Of a stretch of 64,000 nucleotides of DNA, positions 29,678 through 39,490 are shown piece after piece. The number at the start of each line of letters is the position of its first letter. Position 1 is the first letter of the stretch. The translations under genes and the position numbers were made by a program. The notes under the pieces were generated by a model that was given only the letters and a program-made list of their open reading frames with translations, did not search any database and had not been told where the DNA came from. Origin of the DNA: Erysipelotrichaceae bacterium (GTDB taxonomy: Bacteria; Bacillota_I; Bacilli_A; Erysipelotrichales; Erysipelotrichaceae); contig WSYG01000004.1 in assembly GCA_009773735.1 (NCBI GenBank), positions 1,932-65,931 on the forward strand, written 5' to 3'.

Positions 29678-30428
29678 GCGACGCAACCAACTCTTGTTTG
29701 AGTTATCCATCAGTCCAAATATCAAAGTTGATGAATTGGCTGACCGATTAAAAGTCAGTCCTTTGACCATCCGCAGAGATCTTCAGTTTTGGGAAGACAA
29801 AGAGCGTATTTCACGTCATTATGGTGGCGCGACTTTGATTGAAACCTTTCAGAAGTCTTGTAATGTAAATGACATCAAAGAACTCAGGAAGAACGCAATT
29901 GCAAAAAAAGCAGCGGAATTCGTTGACGATGGGGATACCATCTTCGTCAATACGTCTTCCACCGCTTTGCTTATTCTTAAATACATCAAACACAAACGAG
30001 TCAACGTCATAACCAACAATGCAAATGCGATCTTTATCCAAAAAGATAATTTGATCAGTGTACTATTGACTGGTGGTGAACTTAGAGAACCAAAAGAATC
30101 GATGGTTGGTGAATTTGCCTATAATAATCTTTCTCGTGTAAGTGCCAATAAAGCCTTTATCGGTTGTAGCGGAATCAGTGCTCAAGTAGGTATGACAACG
30201 GCTGTATTGGCCGAAGTTGCGATCAATGAAGTTATGTTGAGACAGTGTACCGGGCCACGTTTTGTATTGGCAGAAGGCGCTAAAGTAGGTCATAATCATA
30301 GTTTTGTTAGTAGTTCTATCAATAAAATTGATTACTTGATCACAGATAGCGCAGCATCCAAAGAACATTTAGATCAACTGCGAGAGAAAAACGTTAAGAT
30401 CATCCAAGTTGATGCGGAAACCATATAA
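29649..30428 (+). CDS. DeoR/GlpR family regulator (UlaR-like)
   Basis: VSPLTIRRDL HTH, DGDTIFVNTSST, VITN, TGGELR; divergent from the ula operon. Confidence 0.92.
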   Translation: MKRHKKLVDERRNQLLFELSISPNIKVDELADRLKVSPLTIRRDLQFWEDKERISRHYGGATLIETFQKSCNVNDIKELRKNAIAKKAAEFVDDGDTIFVNTSSTALLILKYIKHKRVNVITNNANAIFIQKDNLISVLLTGGELREPKESMVGEFAYNNLSRVSANKAFIGCSGISAQVGMTTAVLAEVAINEVMLRQCTGPRFVLAEGAKVGHNHSFVSSSINKIDYLITDSAASKEHLDQLREKNVKIIQVDAETI

Positions 30429-30457
30429 CACTTACTTAAAAAGTAAGTTACTAAATA

Positions 30458-30487
30458 AAAGACCGATTCATCACGAATCGGTCTTTC
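30458..30487. terminator. Terminator between convergent DeoR and lipoprotein genes
   Basis: AAAGACCGATTC / GAATCGGTCTTT inverted repeat. Confidence 0.75.
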
Positions 30488-30508
30488 TATTAATTTAACT
30501 TTTATGAA

Positions 30509-31567
30509 TTATTTAATAACGACAGTGTTAGCTACAGCTTTGTCGAATGCTGGGAAGAAACTGCTGATACGAACAGTTGTTCCAGCTTTGATTGCTGTGT
30601 CTTTAGCATAGCCTTCAACCACTTCAATTGCTTTAACTTGAGCAACAGTCTTACCAACGATGAAGTCAGTAAAGAATTTTGATTGAACATTCCATTCTTT
30701 ACAGATTTGACCAGTTTGGCAGTTTGCAGTCATACCGTATGCTGCACCCTTTTGAACTTTTGTCTTCATTACGTAGGTAGCCAAATCAACTTTTAGCGTA
30801 CCAGTTGCATCAAAATTCAATCCTCTGGTTTGAGCAACATCCCAAAAAGCACTAATGACTTTGTCATTCTTGTCTAACAAGACTGTAACTACATCAGTAT
30901 TGATTGCATAGTTACCATCTTTTGCAGCAACTTCGCCTGCAGCAGGAACTACAGAAGCTCCAGTAACTTTAATATCGATACCAACGCCGAATTTAGCAAC
31001 TTTTTTAGCTTCTACAGCATTAGCAACAGCTTTTTCGAAGGCTGGGAAGAATCCACTGATTGTGACAGTTGTTCCAACTTTGATCGCTGCATCTTTAGCT
31101 TTGCCATCAACCATTTCAATTGCTTTAACTTGATCAACCGTCTTACCAACTAAGAAGTCAGTGAAGAATTTTGATTGAACATTCCATTCTTTACAGATTT
31201 GACCAGTTTGGCAGTTTGCAGTCATGCCGTATTCTGTACCCTTTTGAGCTTTTGTCTTCATAGAATATTTTGTCAAATCAACTTTTAAAGTCCCAGTAAC
31301 ATCGAAATTCAATCTGCTGGATTGAGCAACATCCCATGTAGCACTTACAACTTTGTTATCTTTGTCTAAAACAACGGTAACGACGTCAGTGTTGACAGCA
31401 TAATTGCCATCTTTAGCAGCGACTTCGCCTGCAGCAGGAACCGCTGAAGCGCCTGTTACTTTAATATTGATGCCAACACCATACTTGTAAGTCTTCGCTG
31501 TGGTGCAGCCGGTCAGAGTAACGGCTAACATCGCGATTGCGAGTAAACTAACTAATAACTTTTTCAT
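30509..31567 (-). CDS. Lipoprotein with two tandem near-identical FMN-binding-like domains
   Basis: Start ATG 31567 after AGGAGG; lipobox LTGC. Each domain has TK...G..YGM......KEW..Q...F..F.VGKT...GTTV.I..F..A..KAVAN. Confidence 0.75.
   Translation of the reverse strand: MKKLLVSLLAIAMLAVTLTGCTTAKTYKYGVGINIKVTGASAVPAAGEVAAKDGNYAVNTDVVTVVLDKDNKVVSATWDVAQSSRLNFDVTGTLKVDLTKYSMKTKAQKGTEYGMTANCQTGQICKEWNVQSKFFTDFLVGKTVDQVKAIEMVDGKAKDAAIKVGTTVTISGFFPAFEKAVANAVEAKKVAKFGVGIDIKVTGASVVPAAGEVAAKDGNYAINTDVVTVLLDKNDKVISAFWDVAQTRGLNFDATGTLKVDLATYVMKTKVQKGAAYGMTANCQTGQICKEWNVQSKFFTDFIVGKTVAQVKAIEVVEGYAKDTAIKAGTTVRISSFFPAFDKAVANTVVIK
30520..31485. repeat. Intragenic tandem duplication, period about 492 bp
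   Basis: GATTGAACATTCCATTCTTTACAGATTTGACCAGTTTGGCAGTTTGCAGTCAT occurs at both 30681 and 31173; the protein halves align along their full length. Confidence 0.9.
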
Positions 31568-31727
31568 TTCATTTCCTCCTTGAAACATACTTATTATAAA
31601 AAATTCACAAGTAACAATCAAGTTAAACATCTCACTTCTTTCACTTTTAACGACTTAATTTTCACACCTCAAACATATTTCACTAAACTATATGTCAATA
31701 AATTAGATTTTTCACAAGTGATGTTTA

Positions 31728-32900
31728 TTATTCATTTACCAACCCTTTTCTATACCAATGAAAACCACAGAACATAATCCCAAACAGCGTTAGAAATGAA
31801 ATCAAAAGCGAAAGACTCAACTCATCATGTGCAACATTTGTACTTAGTATTCTCATCCCCATCATCAGCATGGAACTCACCGGGACATAAGATAAAGTTC
31901 GACCTAAATCTGATGAAAGTTGCTGCGGTGAATTTAAGACAAGACTCACATAATAGATCGCTAGTAGTCCTAAATAGAAAGGTCCTTGAATTGATGCCGC
32001 TTCTTCTATTGTCTTCACTCTTGAAGAGAGAATCAGAATCATAACTTGTAGAATCAATAAGCCAATAATTAGAAATAAGAAGGCAAAAATCATCTTTACG
32101 AAAAAGTTTGGCGATAACTTCAAAACATGTGAAATCATTTCAAAATTTATCCCACTTCCTTCCAAATTAAAATACTTATTCGCAAGCATAAACAGACCCC
32201 TACCTTGATCCATATTCAGTCTTTGAATCAATAAGCATCCAAAAATGCCCATACTTAACCCAATTTGTACCAAAACAGTGATCAATCCAGATAAAATCTT
32301 GGCACAGAAATGTTGAAACGGCGTAATACTGGTTAAAATGAACTCTAAGACATTGGATGTTTTCTCTTGAATGATCTCGTTTGAATTCACAGAAATGAAG
32401 TTCAAAATCATGAAGTAAACTGAAGTCAATATCGCAAACACAAGGTTACTTTGAATGGCTTCAAGTGGATCAATTGGGGCATCAAAAATAAGTGGAACCG
32501 AGTTATAGTTCATGATAAATTCCGTTACAGAAGGATGGCTTTCATTGAGTATTTTTTGTTGATGAGATTGAAGCAGTAATGTATAGATTTTGGCTTGTAA
32601 AGTCAAAGATGCAGCCCCTTTTACTTCATAAATCCCCTCGCGATAATCAATGATGAGATCTGCCGATTCTTCAACTAAAATGAATCCTTGTTTTTCCCAA
32701 TATTCGATGGGTAACAACTCGTTTATTGTTTCGCTGGATACTTGAATTGGATAAGGTGTGCTGAAATTTAGATTTAAAGCTTCACTGATATGGTCCAAAT
32801 TAAACAAAATGATAAGTACAAGGGTAAAAAGAACCTGTAAAGAAATCGCAACCGGATTTAGAAATCTGCGTTTGAGCGAAAAAAGGATCAATGCTCGCAT
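31728..32900 (-). CDS. ABC-2 permease (NatB/YhaP-like)
   Basis: QEKTSNVLEFILTSI motif; N-terminal TM, extracellular loop and several C-terminal TM segments. Confidence 0.85.
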   Translation of the reverse strand: MRALILFSLKRRFLNPVAISLQVLFTLVLIILFNLDHISEALNLNFSTPYPIQVSSETINELLPIEYWEKQGFILVEESADLIIDYREGIYEVKGAASLTLQAKIYTLLLQSHQQKILNESHPSVTEFIMNYNSVPLIFDAPIDPLEAIQSNLVFAILTSVYFMILNFISVNSNEIIQEKTSNVLEFILTSITPFQHFCAKILSGLITVLVQIGLSMGIFGCLLIQRLNMDQGRGLFMLANKYFNLEGSGINFEMISHVLKLSPNFFVKMIFAFLFLIIGLLILQVMILILSSRVKTIEEAASIQGPFYLGLLAIYYVSLVLNSPQQLSSDLGRTLSYVPVSSMLMMGMRILSTNVAHDELSLSLLISFLTLFGIMFCGFHWYRKGLVNE

Positions 32901-33742
32901 ACTTGGATTAGTTCGCTTAATGCGACCATTTCTAAGTGGATTGACTGAACACTTTTGTCTTTAAGAAAGATGCCCACTGCTCTTTTTGCTTGATTTAAAG
33001 TCGTAAAACGAACTTCAATCCATGAATCAACCGCAGAAAGCGATTCATAAGCGAAATTGAAATCCTTCCAATTGCTATCTGCATTGACTTTGACCGAGTA
33101 TTGTTGATGTTGTTCACGCAAGGATTGTAAATGACCTTGCTTGATTGTCTTCCCATGATCTAAAATCAAAATCTCATCGCATAATCCATCCATATGTTCC
33201 AATTGATGCGATGAAATCAACACAGAATTACCTTTTTGAGCGTAGATTCTGATCCATCTAGACAGTTCAATTTGACTTAAATAATCTAAACCATTAAAAG
33301 GCTCATCTAGAATGAGCACTTTAGGACGATGTATCATTGATAAGATCAATTGCGCTTTCTGTTGATTGCCTTTAGAGAGTGTTTTTATTGGTTTACTCGC
33401 CATTTCTCCAAAACCAAAAGTGTTTATCATCTCTTGTAAAGACAGCTCTGTTTGAGTCTCATTAAGGTTTCTTAATTTGCCTAACATTTTCGCTTGTTGC
33501 GTCAGTGTAAGATCGATCAATAACGATCGTTGTTCAGGCATATAACCTACTTTATCTTTCTCTACAATGACTGCTCCGCTGTCAGGTTTGATAATGCCAC
33601 AAATGATCCTAAATAAAGTGCTTTTTCCGCATCCATTATGCCCAAAAATACCCATGATTTGATAAGGCTCACAAGTGAAACTACATTCAAACAATACTTT
33701 TCTGCGATGATAACTTTTAGAGACTGATTTTACCTTCAACAT
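32888..33742 (-). CDS. ABC ATP-binding protein (NatA/YhaQ-like)
   Basis: GHNGCGKS, LSKGNQQK, LILDEPF, SSH. Start moved to ATG 33742. Confidence 0.92.
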   Translation of the reverse strand: MLKVKSVSKSYHRRKVLFECSFTCEPYQIMGIFGHNGCGKSTLFRIICGIIKPDSGAVIVEKDKVGYMPEQRSLLIDLTLTQQAKMLGKLRNLNETQTELSLQEMINTFGFGEMASKPIKTLSKGNQQKAQLILSMIHRPKVLILDEPFNGLDYLSQIELSRWIRIYAQKGNSVLISSHQLEHMDGLCDEILILDHGKTIKQGHLQSLREQHQQYSVKVNADSNWKDFNFAYESLSAVDSWIEVRFTTLNQAKRAVGIFLKDKSVQSIHLEMVALSELIQVCEH

Positions 33743-33789
33743 AACTAACCTCACTTCAATGTATGTTGATTTCTTGCTTTACCCTAAAT

Positions 33790-33808
33790 AAAAACCCTTA
33801 CGGGTTTA
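33790..33808 (-). terminator. Probable terminator after msrA
   Basis: AAACCC-TTAC-GGGTTT stem with an A run on the plus-strand 5' side. Confidence 0.5.
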
Positions 33809-34312
33809 GATTTTATCCTTCATTTCTTCAGGTTTGATCAAGCGCATGTTGACATGACAATAACCACCTGGGTTTTTGATCAGATATTTCTGATGATAAG
33901 TTTCTGCATCATAGAAAATCCCTGTTTTTTCAACCTCAAGAACAATCGGTTTTCTGTAACTGGCTTGTTTTTCTTTAATCACATCACGAGTGATTTGCGC
34001 ATCTGCTTCATCTTCATAATAAACACCGACTCGATACTGAGTTCCGATGTCATGACCTTGACGATTGAGGGTTGTTGGATCGATGAATCTGAATAAATGT
34101 TCAAGGATCTTGTTTAGAGAGATGACATTTTCATCATAAATCAACTCAACAACTTCCGCATGTTTAGTTTTGCCTGAACAAACATCTTGATAACTGGGGT
34201 TTTCACTGATGCCTTGAGCGTAACCAACTCTGGTTGCTTCTATGCCTTTTAAGCGGCGATAATATTCTTCTACGCCCCAGAAACAGCCTCCACCGATAAC
34301 GATTTTTTTCAT
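33806..34312 (-). CDS. msrA: Peptide methionine sulfoxide reductase A
   Basis: GGGCFWGVE, RQGHDIGTQYR, AETYHQKY, GYC. Start moved to ATG 34312 after AAGGAG. Confidence 0.96.
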   Translation of the reverse strand: MKKIVIGGGCFWGVEEYYRRLKGIEATRVGYAQGISENPSYQDVCSGKTKHAEVVELIYDENVISLNKILEHLFRFIDPTTLNRQGHDIGTQYRVGVYYEDEADAQITRDVIKEKQASYRKPIVLEVEKTGIFYDAETYHQKYLIKNPGGYCHVNMRLIKPEEMKDKI

Positions 34313-35217
34313 GTGTTCTCCTTGTGTAGCCAATGGCTTATGTCTTCCATGACTTGTTTCATGGCTTCTTGATTTGTAGGATCTGCCCATGTAGCACTGA
34401 ATTGATGTCTGAACCAGGTCAACTGTCTTTTCGCATATTGACGGGTATGGGTGATGATATCAGACTTGGCCAATTCAACATCTTTGTTTTCATTGAGCAC
34501 TTCCCTGAACTCTTTATACCCTATTCCAAGGAAACTTTGAAAGCATTGTGCATCTTGAGAACTAAAATAAGTCCTGACTTCTTCTTCTAAACCTTGTTTA
34601 AACATCAATTCGACTCGATTTTCAATTCGTTCATACAGAAGTGCTCGTTCAATATCCAACACAACCATATAGACATCATAAATGGGCCGATGGTTTTGAG
34701 CAGCTTCTCTTTCTGATTTCAAAGTTCCGCTTAAGCCCATATTTATGGCCCTTATAACACGTTTACGATTGTTAAGATGGATCTTTTGAGCTGCGATTGG
34801 GTCAATGTTTAGTAACTGTTCATAGAGTTCTTCATCACTGATAGAATCAAATGTTTCTTGTGGTGTATCTTCTTTAGGGAAAGCATAATCATAGAGTACA
34901 GATTTTAAATAATGGCCAGATCCACCACATAAGACAGCTAATTTATGTTTGTTTGAGATGATTTGTATGCTTTCTCGACATATTTTTTGAAAATCCGCAA
35001 CACTATAAGGCTGACTATAATCCAGGATGTTTAAAAGATGATGAGGAATACCTTTTTGATCCTCTTGCGTGATTTTAGCAGTTCCGATATTGAGTTGTGT
35101 GTAGATTTGTTGGGAATCCCCATTGATGATTTCCCCATTAAACGCTATGGCACATTCTATCGCGAAGATGCTCTTTCCACTCGCAGTAGGACCTGCGATG
35201 ACCAGTACTTTTTTCAT
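34309..35217 (-). CDS. miaA: tRNA dimethylallyltransferase
   Basis: GPTASGKS, DSQQIY, IGTAK, PHHL, TRQYAKRQLTWFR. Confidence 0.97.
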   Translation of the reverse strand: MKKVLVIAGPTASGKSIFAIECAIAFNGEIINGDSQQIYTQLNIGTAKITQEDQKGIPHHLLNILDYSQPYSVADFQKICRESIQIISNKHKLAVLCGGSGHYLKSVLYDYAFPKEDTPQETFDSISDEELYEQLLNIDPIAAQKIHLNNRKRVIRAINMGLSGTLKSEREAAQNHRPIYDVYMVVLDIERALLYERIENRVELMFKQGLEEEVRTYFSSQDAQCFQSFLGIGYKEFREVLNENKDVELAKSDIITHTRQYAKRQLTWFRHQFSATWADPTNQEAMKQVMEDISHWLHKENT

Positions 35218-36941
35218 CGTTCAAAGTCTCGCCATAGGTCTTTGGTGGCGATTTTGATTAAGGTTGGACGGCCATGGGGGCAGTGATACGGTTGATCACA
35301 ATGACTCAATTCTTCTAAGATCTGTTTCATGTCTTCTGGGGTCAATTGCTGGTTGAAACGGACGGATTTATGACAGGCTGTGGTCGCTAAAGCTGCTTTT
35401 CTTAAGCTTTCTGTACTGATGTTTCGTTCATCTTCATAGCGTTCAAGAAGATCGTTTAGGAAGGCTTCTTGTGTGCCTTCTTTTAACCATAAAGGTGTAC
35501 TTCTGATGATCACTTCGCTTTCTGAAAACAGTTCAATATCGATTCCTATCTTTTGAAGTTCAGTGCGTATTGATTCAAAACGAACTTTTAAACTAGGTTT
35601 TAATGCGACTACAAGAGGCATTAAAAGGGTTTGTTGAGTTGAGATCTTTTTATCAATCTGTTTTAGTATCTTTTCATAATTGATGCGTTCTTTAGCGGCA
35701 TGTTGGTCAATAAAATATAAGGTCAAAGGATCACTGGCAATGATATAACGGCCGTGGATTTGTCCTATTAGATCTAAAACAGGGAAAGTTGGATGTTTAC
35801 TAGATGATTCTGGCGGTGTTTCTTGGATATCCCATTGGGGATTTGTTTTTACTTCGGGATATATGGGCGATTGGGCTTGAGGATAATGAGAAGGTTCAAA
35901 GAGTTGTTGCTGGGTAGATAAAGGTTCTATGGATTTAGGTTCAAAATCCTTCACATTCAAAGAATCATGAATGGCTTTAGACAATGAATCTACGATCAAG
36001 TAATAAAGTTGTTGTTCTTTGGATAGTTTAACTTCCCATTTAGAAGGATGAACATTCACATCTGCCAATGAAGCATCAGCGGTGATGTTTAAGATCACCA
36101 TAGGGTAACGATGAGGTGGAATATAGTTTTGATAGGCTTCGGTAACTGCTTTTTGAATGGGATAAAAACGTATGACACGTTGATTTAAAAAGATCAAGAT
36201 TGCTTTATTGTTGGACTTGTTTTCTTGCGGATCAAGCCACAATCCTTCGACCTTGAAGTCATGATCAGCACAGGTAAAAGGATGAGCCAAACGCGCCAAA
36301 CGATTCCCATAAGTCATAGCTAAAGTCTCTAACCAATCATTACGACCTGTCGTTCTTAACAAGACTTGTTCATCTGCAATAAGCTTAAAAGCTACGTCTT
36401 TTCGACACAAAGCCATTTTTTCAACGAGATCTGTAATCAAAGCACTCTCATAACTCACTGTTTTAAGATGTTTCAAACGAGCTGGAGTCCTTCTAAACAA
36501 ACCTTCTACTAAAATGCTTGTGCCTTGGGGTCGATCATAGGATCTTTTTTGTAAGACTGTTCCATATTCGATGATGATTTGATTGGTACTAAGCCCATTT
36601 GAACTTGTTGCAGTTACTTTCGCAACCGATGCGATGGAAGGCAAGGCTTCACCACGAAAACCTAAGGTCTTAGGAGCAAACAATTCTTTGGCTGTTGATA
36701 TTTTACTGGTCGCATGACGTTCAAAAGCCATAGATAAATCACTTTCATCCATGCCTTCTCCATCATCACTCACTTCTATGGATTCTATACCACCTTGATT
36801 GATACGGATCTCAATTGAACTTGCGGAAGCGTCCAGCGCATTTTCAATCAATTCTTTGACGACGCCCATGGGTCTTTCAACAACTTCTCCAGCTGCGATC
36901 ATGTTGGTAAGATGATCATCTAAACGCTTAATTTTTCCCAT
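35214..36941 (-). CDS. mutL: DNA mismatch repair endonuclease MutL
   Basis: IAAGEVVERP, HATSKI, GFRGEAL, DVNVHP, DQHAAKERINYE, CPHGRP. Confidence 0.98.
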   Translation of the reverse strand: MGKIKRLDDHLTNMIAAGEVVERPMGVVKELIENALDASASSIEIRINQGGIESIEVSDDGEGMDESDLSMAFERHATSKISTAKELFAPKTLGFRGEALPSIASVAKVTATSSNGLSTNQIIIEYGTVLQKRSYDRPQGTSILVEGLFRRTPARLKHLKTVSYESALITDLVEKMALCRKDVAFKLIADEQVLLRTTGRNDWLETLAMTYGNRLARLAHPFTCADHDFKVEGLWLDPQENKSNNKAILIFLNQRVIRFYPIQKAVTEAYQNYIPPHRYPMVILNITADASLADVNVHPSKWEVKLSKEQQLYYLIVDSLSKAIHDSLNVKDFEPKSIEPLSTQQQLFEPSHYPQAQSPIYPEVKTNPQWDIQETPPESSSKHPTFPVLDLIGQIHGRYIIASDPLTLYFIDQHAAKERINYEKILKQIDKKISTQQTLLMPLVVALKPSLKVRFESIRTELQKIGIDIELFSESEVIIRSTPLWLKEGTQEAFLNDLLERYEDERNISTESLRKAALATTACHKSVRFNQQLTPEDMKQILEELSHCDQPYHCPHGRPTLIKIATKDLWRDFER

Positions 36942-39456
36942 GTTTTTTATCCTTCAGGGCTTCTTTGAAGTCATTGAGATAACGCAAAGCTTCGATTGGG
37001 GTCGTTTCATTGATGTCTAGGGTATTGAGTTGGTCGATGATCTCTTGGACTTCTTTTGGGGTCCTTACGATCTCTACGATATCTAGCGTTTGTTGAACGA
37101 TGCGTCGTTTAGATTCCAGTTCTTTGAGTAATACACTGGCTCGATCTAAAACAGATTCAGGAAGATGAGCTAAACGAGCCACATTGACCCCATATGATTT
37201 ATCTGCTTTTCCATGTTTTACACGATATAAGAAATGGACTTCATGTTTGTCTTCGATGACTTCAACATGCATGTTGATGAGTTTAGGCAAAGGACCTTCT
37301 AAATTGGTCAATTCATGATAATGGGTTGAAAATATGGCTTTACACTGAATAACAGTCGCAATATACTCCACCATCGCTTGAGCCAAAGCCATCCCATCAT
37401 AGGTTGAAGTGCCTCTTCCAATCTCATCAAACAAGATTAAGGCATTGAGACTGGCTTTTTGTAGGGCATTATTGGCTTCAATCATTTCTACCATAAATGT
37501 TGATTGACCTTCTAGGATGTCATCACTGGCTCCCATACGGGTATAAATCGCATCGATCAGTGATAAATCTGCCTTTTTGGCTGGAATATACATGCCCATT
37601 TGAGCCATGATGACCAATAAAGCCACTTGACGCATATAAGTGCTTTTACCCCCCATATTTGGGCCAGTAAGCAAATGAATGGGATGATTCTGGGTAAAAT
37701 GGGTCGAATTGGGGACATATTTGGTTCGTGTTTCTAGTATTGGATGACGTCCTTCGGTGATGTTCAACTCAAAACCATCATGAAATTCAGGTTTGATGTA
37801 GTTGCCTTGATGACTGACGGTTGCCAAAGACTGGAAAACATCAAGTTCAGATAATGCTTTAGATAGAACTTGTAATGATTCAAGTTTTTTACTTAGAATC
37901 TCAACCAATTCCGTAAATAAGCGTTGTTGAAGTCGAAGTGCCTTATCGTTAGCCCCTAAGATATCTTCTTCTTTCTGTTTCAAGATGGGATTGATATACC
38001 GTTCCCCTGTACTTAACGTTTGTTTGCGATGATAATCAAATTCAGGTCGCACAAGATTGACATTGCCTTTAGATATTTCGATATAGTAACCGAACACTCG
38101 ATTATAACCTACTTTTAGATTTTTGATTTGAGTTCTTTCTTTCTCAGAATTCTCAAAATCAATCAACCAGAGGGCACTGTTTTCTTGAAGTTCACGCAAA
38201 GCATCCAGTTCCGAATTATAACCTTTCTTAAAGACGTGGCCGTCTTTTAAGATGGACGGGGATGTTTCATCTATGGCTTTGTTTAAAAGGTCTCTAAGCT
38301 CATCCAGTGGATCAATTGAGACATAGGTTTCAAAGATCATGGAATCACAAGAAGCCATGATGGGATGAACTTGATTTAATGTTTTGGCTAAACGTAAAAG
38401 ATCTTGAGGACCTGCAGAACCATAAGCAATCTTACCGATGATGCGTTCGATATCATACGTTTGTTTTAAGGCAACCCTAAGTTCTTCTCGCTTTAAAAAG
38501 CTTTTCACAAAATAACCGATTTGGTTTTGACGTGTTTGTATTTGAATTTTATCGATTAAAGGACGTATGATCCATTTTTTAAGTTGACGTGACCCAGCAG
38601 CACTTTGACATTCATCTAAAAATCCAAACAAACTCTCTTTTTTTGTCTTGGCACGTAAGCTTTCAACCAATTCTAGGTTAAGAATGGTTGCCATATCCAT
38701 ATTTAGACATTGGTCTTGATCTTCATCGATGATGGGTTGAAGATGTCTTAAGCTTCTTTTCTGTGTTAAAAGTAAGTAATTTAATAGACGTCCAAAGGTT
38801 TCCAAGCTTATTGGATCACTGATGGATCGGTTAAGTAATGCATAACTCTTATCAATTTCACTCGCATCACAGATCGAGATGGTTTGTCTAGCTTCACGCA
38901 ATATTTTTAAACATGTTTGAGATGTTTTTGAAGAGACGACAACTTCTTTGACTTGATGTTTATACAAGATTTCTTTTAATCGGGTTTCATCTTTTAAACA
39001 AGTGATGGCTTTTAGTTCACCGGATGCGAGTTCAGCGCTGACCACAAAGTATTTTGAGGCAAATTCTGTGACCGAAGCGATCGAAACGACCGCTTTGTCA
39101 TCATCGATCTCATCCATGACGGTACCAGGAGTCACCACTTTGACCACATCGCGTTTAACTAAGCCTTGGGCAGTAGAAGGATCTTCCATCTGTTCAACGA
39201 TCGCTACTTTATGGCCATTATTGACCAGTCTTTGGATGTAAGAACTGACTGCATGATAAGGCACCCCACACATTGGTGCTCTGCCCAATTCACCTGCAGC
39301 TCTGCCTGTTAATACTAAATCCAGTTCATAAGATGCTATTTTAGCATCATCAAAAAAGAGTTCATAAAAATCTCCGAGGCGAAACATAACCAAAGCATCT
39401 TGGTATTCTTTTTTGACATCCATGTATTGTTTAAGCATTGGCGTAAGCTTTTCCAT
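36928..39456 (-). CDS. mutS: DNA mismatch repair protein MutS
   Basis: TPMLKQY, GDFYELF, TGPNMGGKSTYMRQ, STFMVEM, DEIGRGT. Confidence 0.98.
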   Translation of the reverse strand: MEKLTPMLKQYMDVKKEYQDALVMFRLGDFYELFFDDAKIASYELDLVLTGRAAGELGRAPMCGVPYHAVSSYIQRLVNNGHKVAIVEQMEDPSTAQGLVKRDVVKVVTPGTVMDEIDDDKAVVSIASVTEFASKYFVVSAELASGELKAITCLKDETRLKEILYKHQVKEVVVSSKTSQTCLKILREARQTISICDASEIDKSYALLNRSISDPISLETFGRLLNYLLLTQKRSLRHLQPIIDEDQDQCLNMDMATILNLELVESLRAKTKKESLFGFLDECQSAAGSRQLKKWIIRPLIDKIQIQTRQNQIGYFVKSFLKREELRVALKQTYDIERIIGKIAYGSAGPQDLLRLAKTLNQVHPIMASCDSMIFETYVSIDPLDELRDLLNKAIDETSPSILKDGHVFKKGYNSELDALRELQENSALWLIDFENSEKERTQIKNLKVGYNRVFGYYIEISKGNVNLVRPEFDYHRKQTLSTGERYINPILKQKEEDILGANDKALRLQQRLFTELVEILSKKLESLQVLSKALSELDVFQSLATVSHQGNYIKPEFHDGFELNITEGRHPILETRTKYVPNSTHFTQNHPIHLLTGPNMGGKSTYMRQVALLVIMAQMGMYIPAKKADLSLIDAIYTRMGASDDILEGQSTFMVEMIEANNALQKASLNALILFDEIGRGTSTYDGMALAQAMVEYIATVIQCKAIFSTHYHELTNLEGPLPKLINMHVEVIEDKHEVHFLYRVKHGKADKSYGVNVARLAHLPESVLDRASVLLKELESKRRIVQQTLDIVEIVRTPKEVQEIIDQLNTLDINETTPIEALRYLNDFKEALKDKKHGKN

Positions 39457-39490
39457 AAGTTCCCTCTTCTAACTTAACAAAACAAAGTGC

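Noticed and set aside
30520..31485. Long direct repeat considered as a CRISPR array or mobile-element ends
   Set aside because: Only two in-frame copies inside one CDS, with no spacers or transposase; it is a domain duplication.
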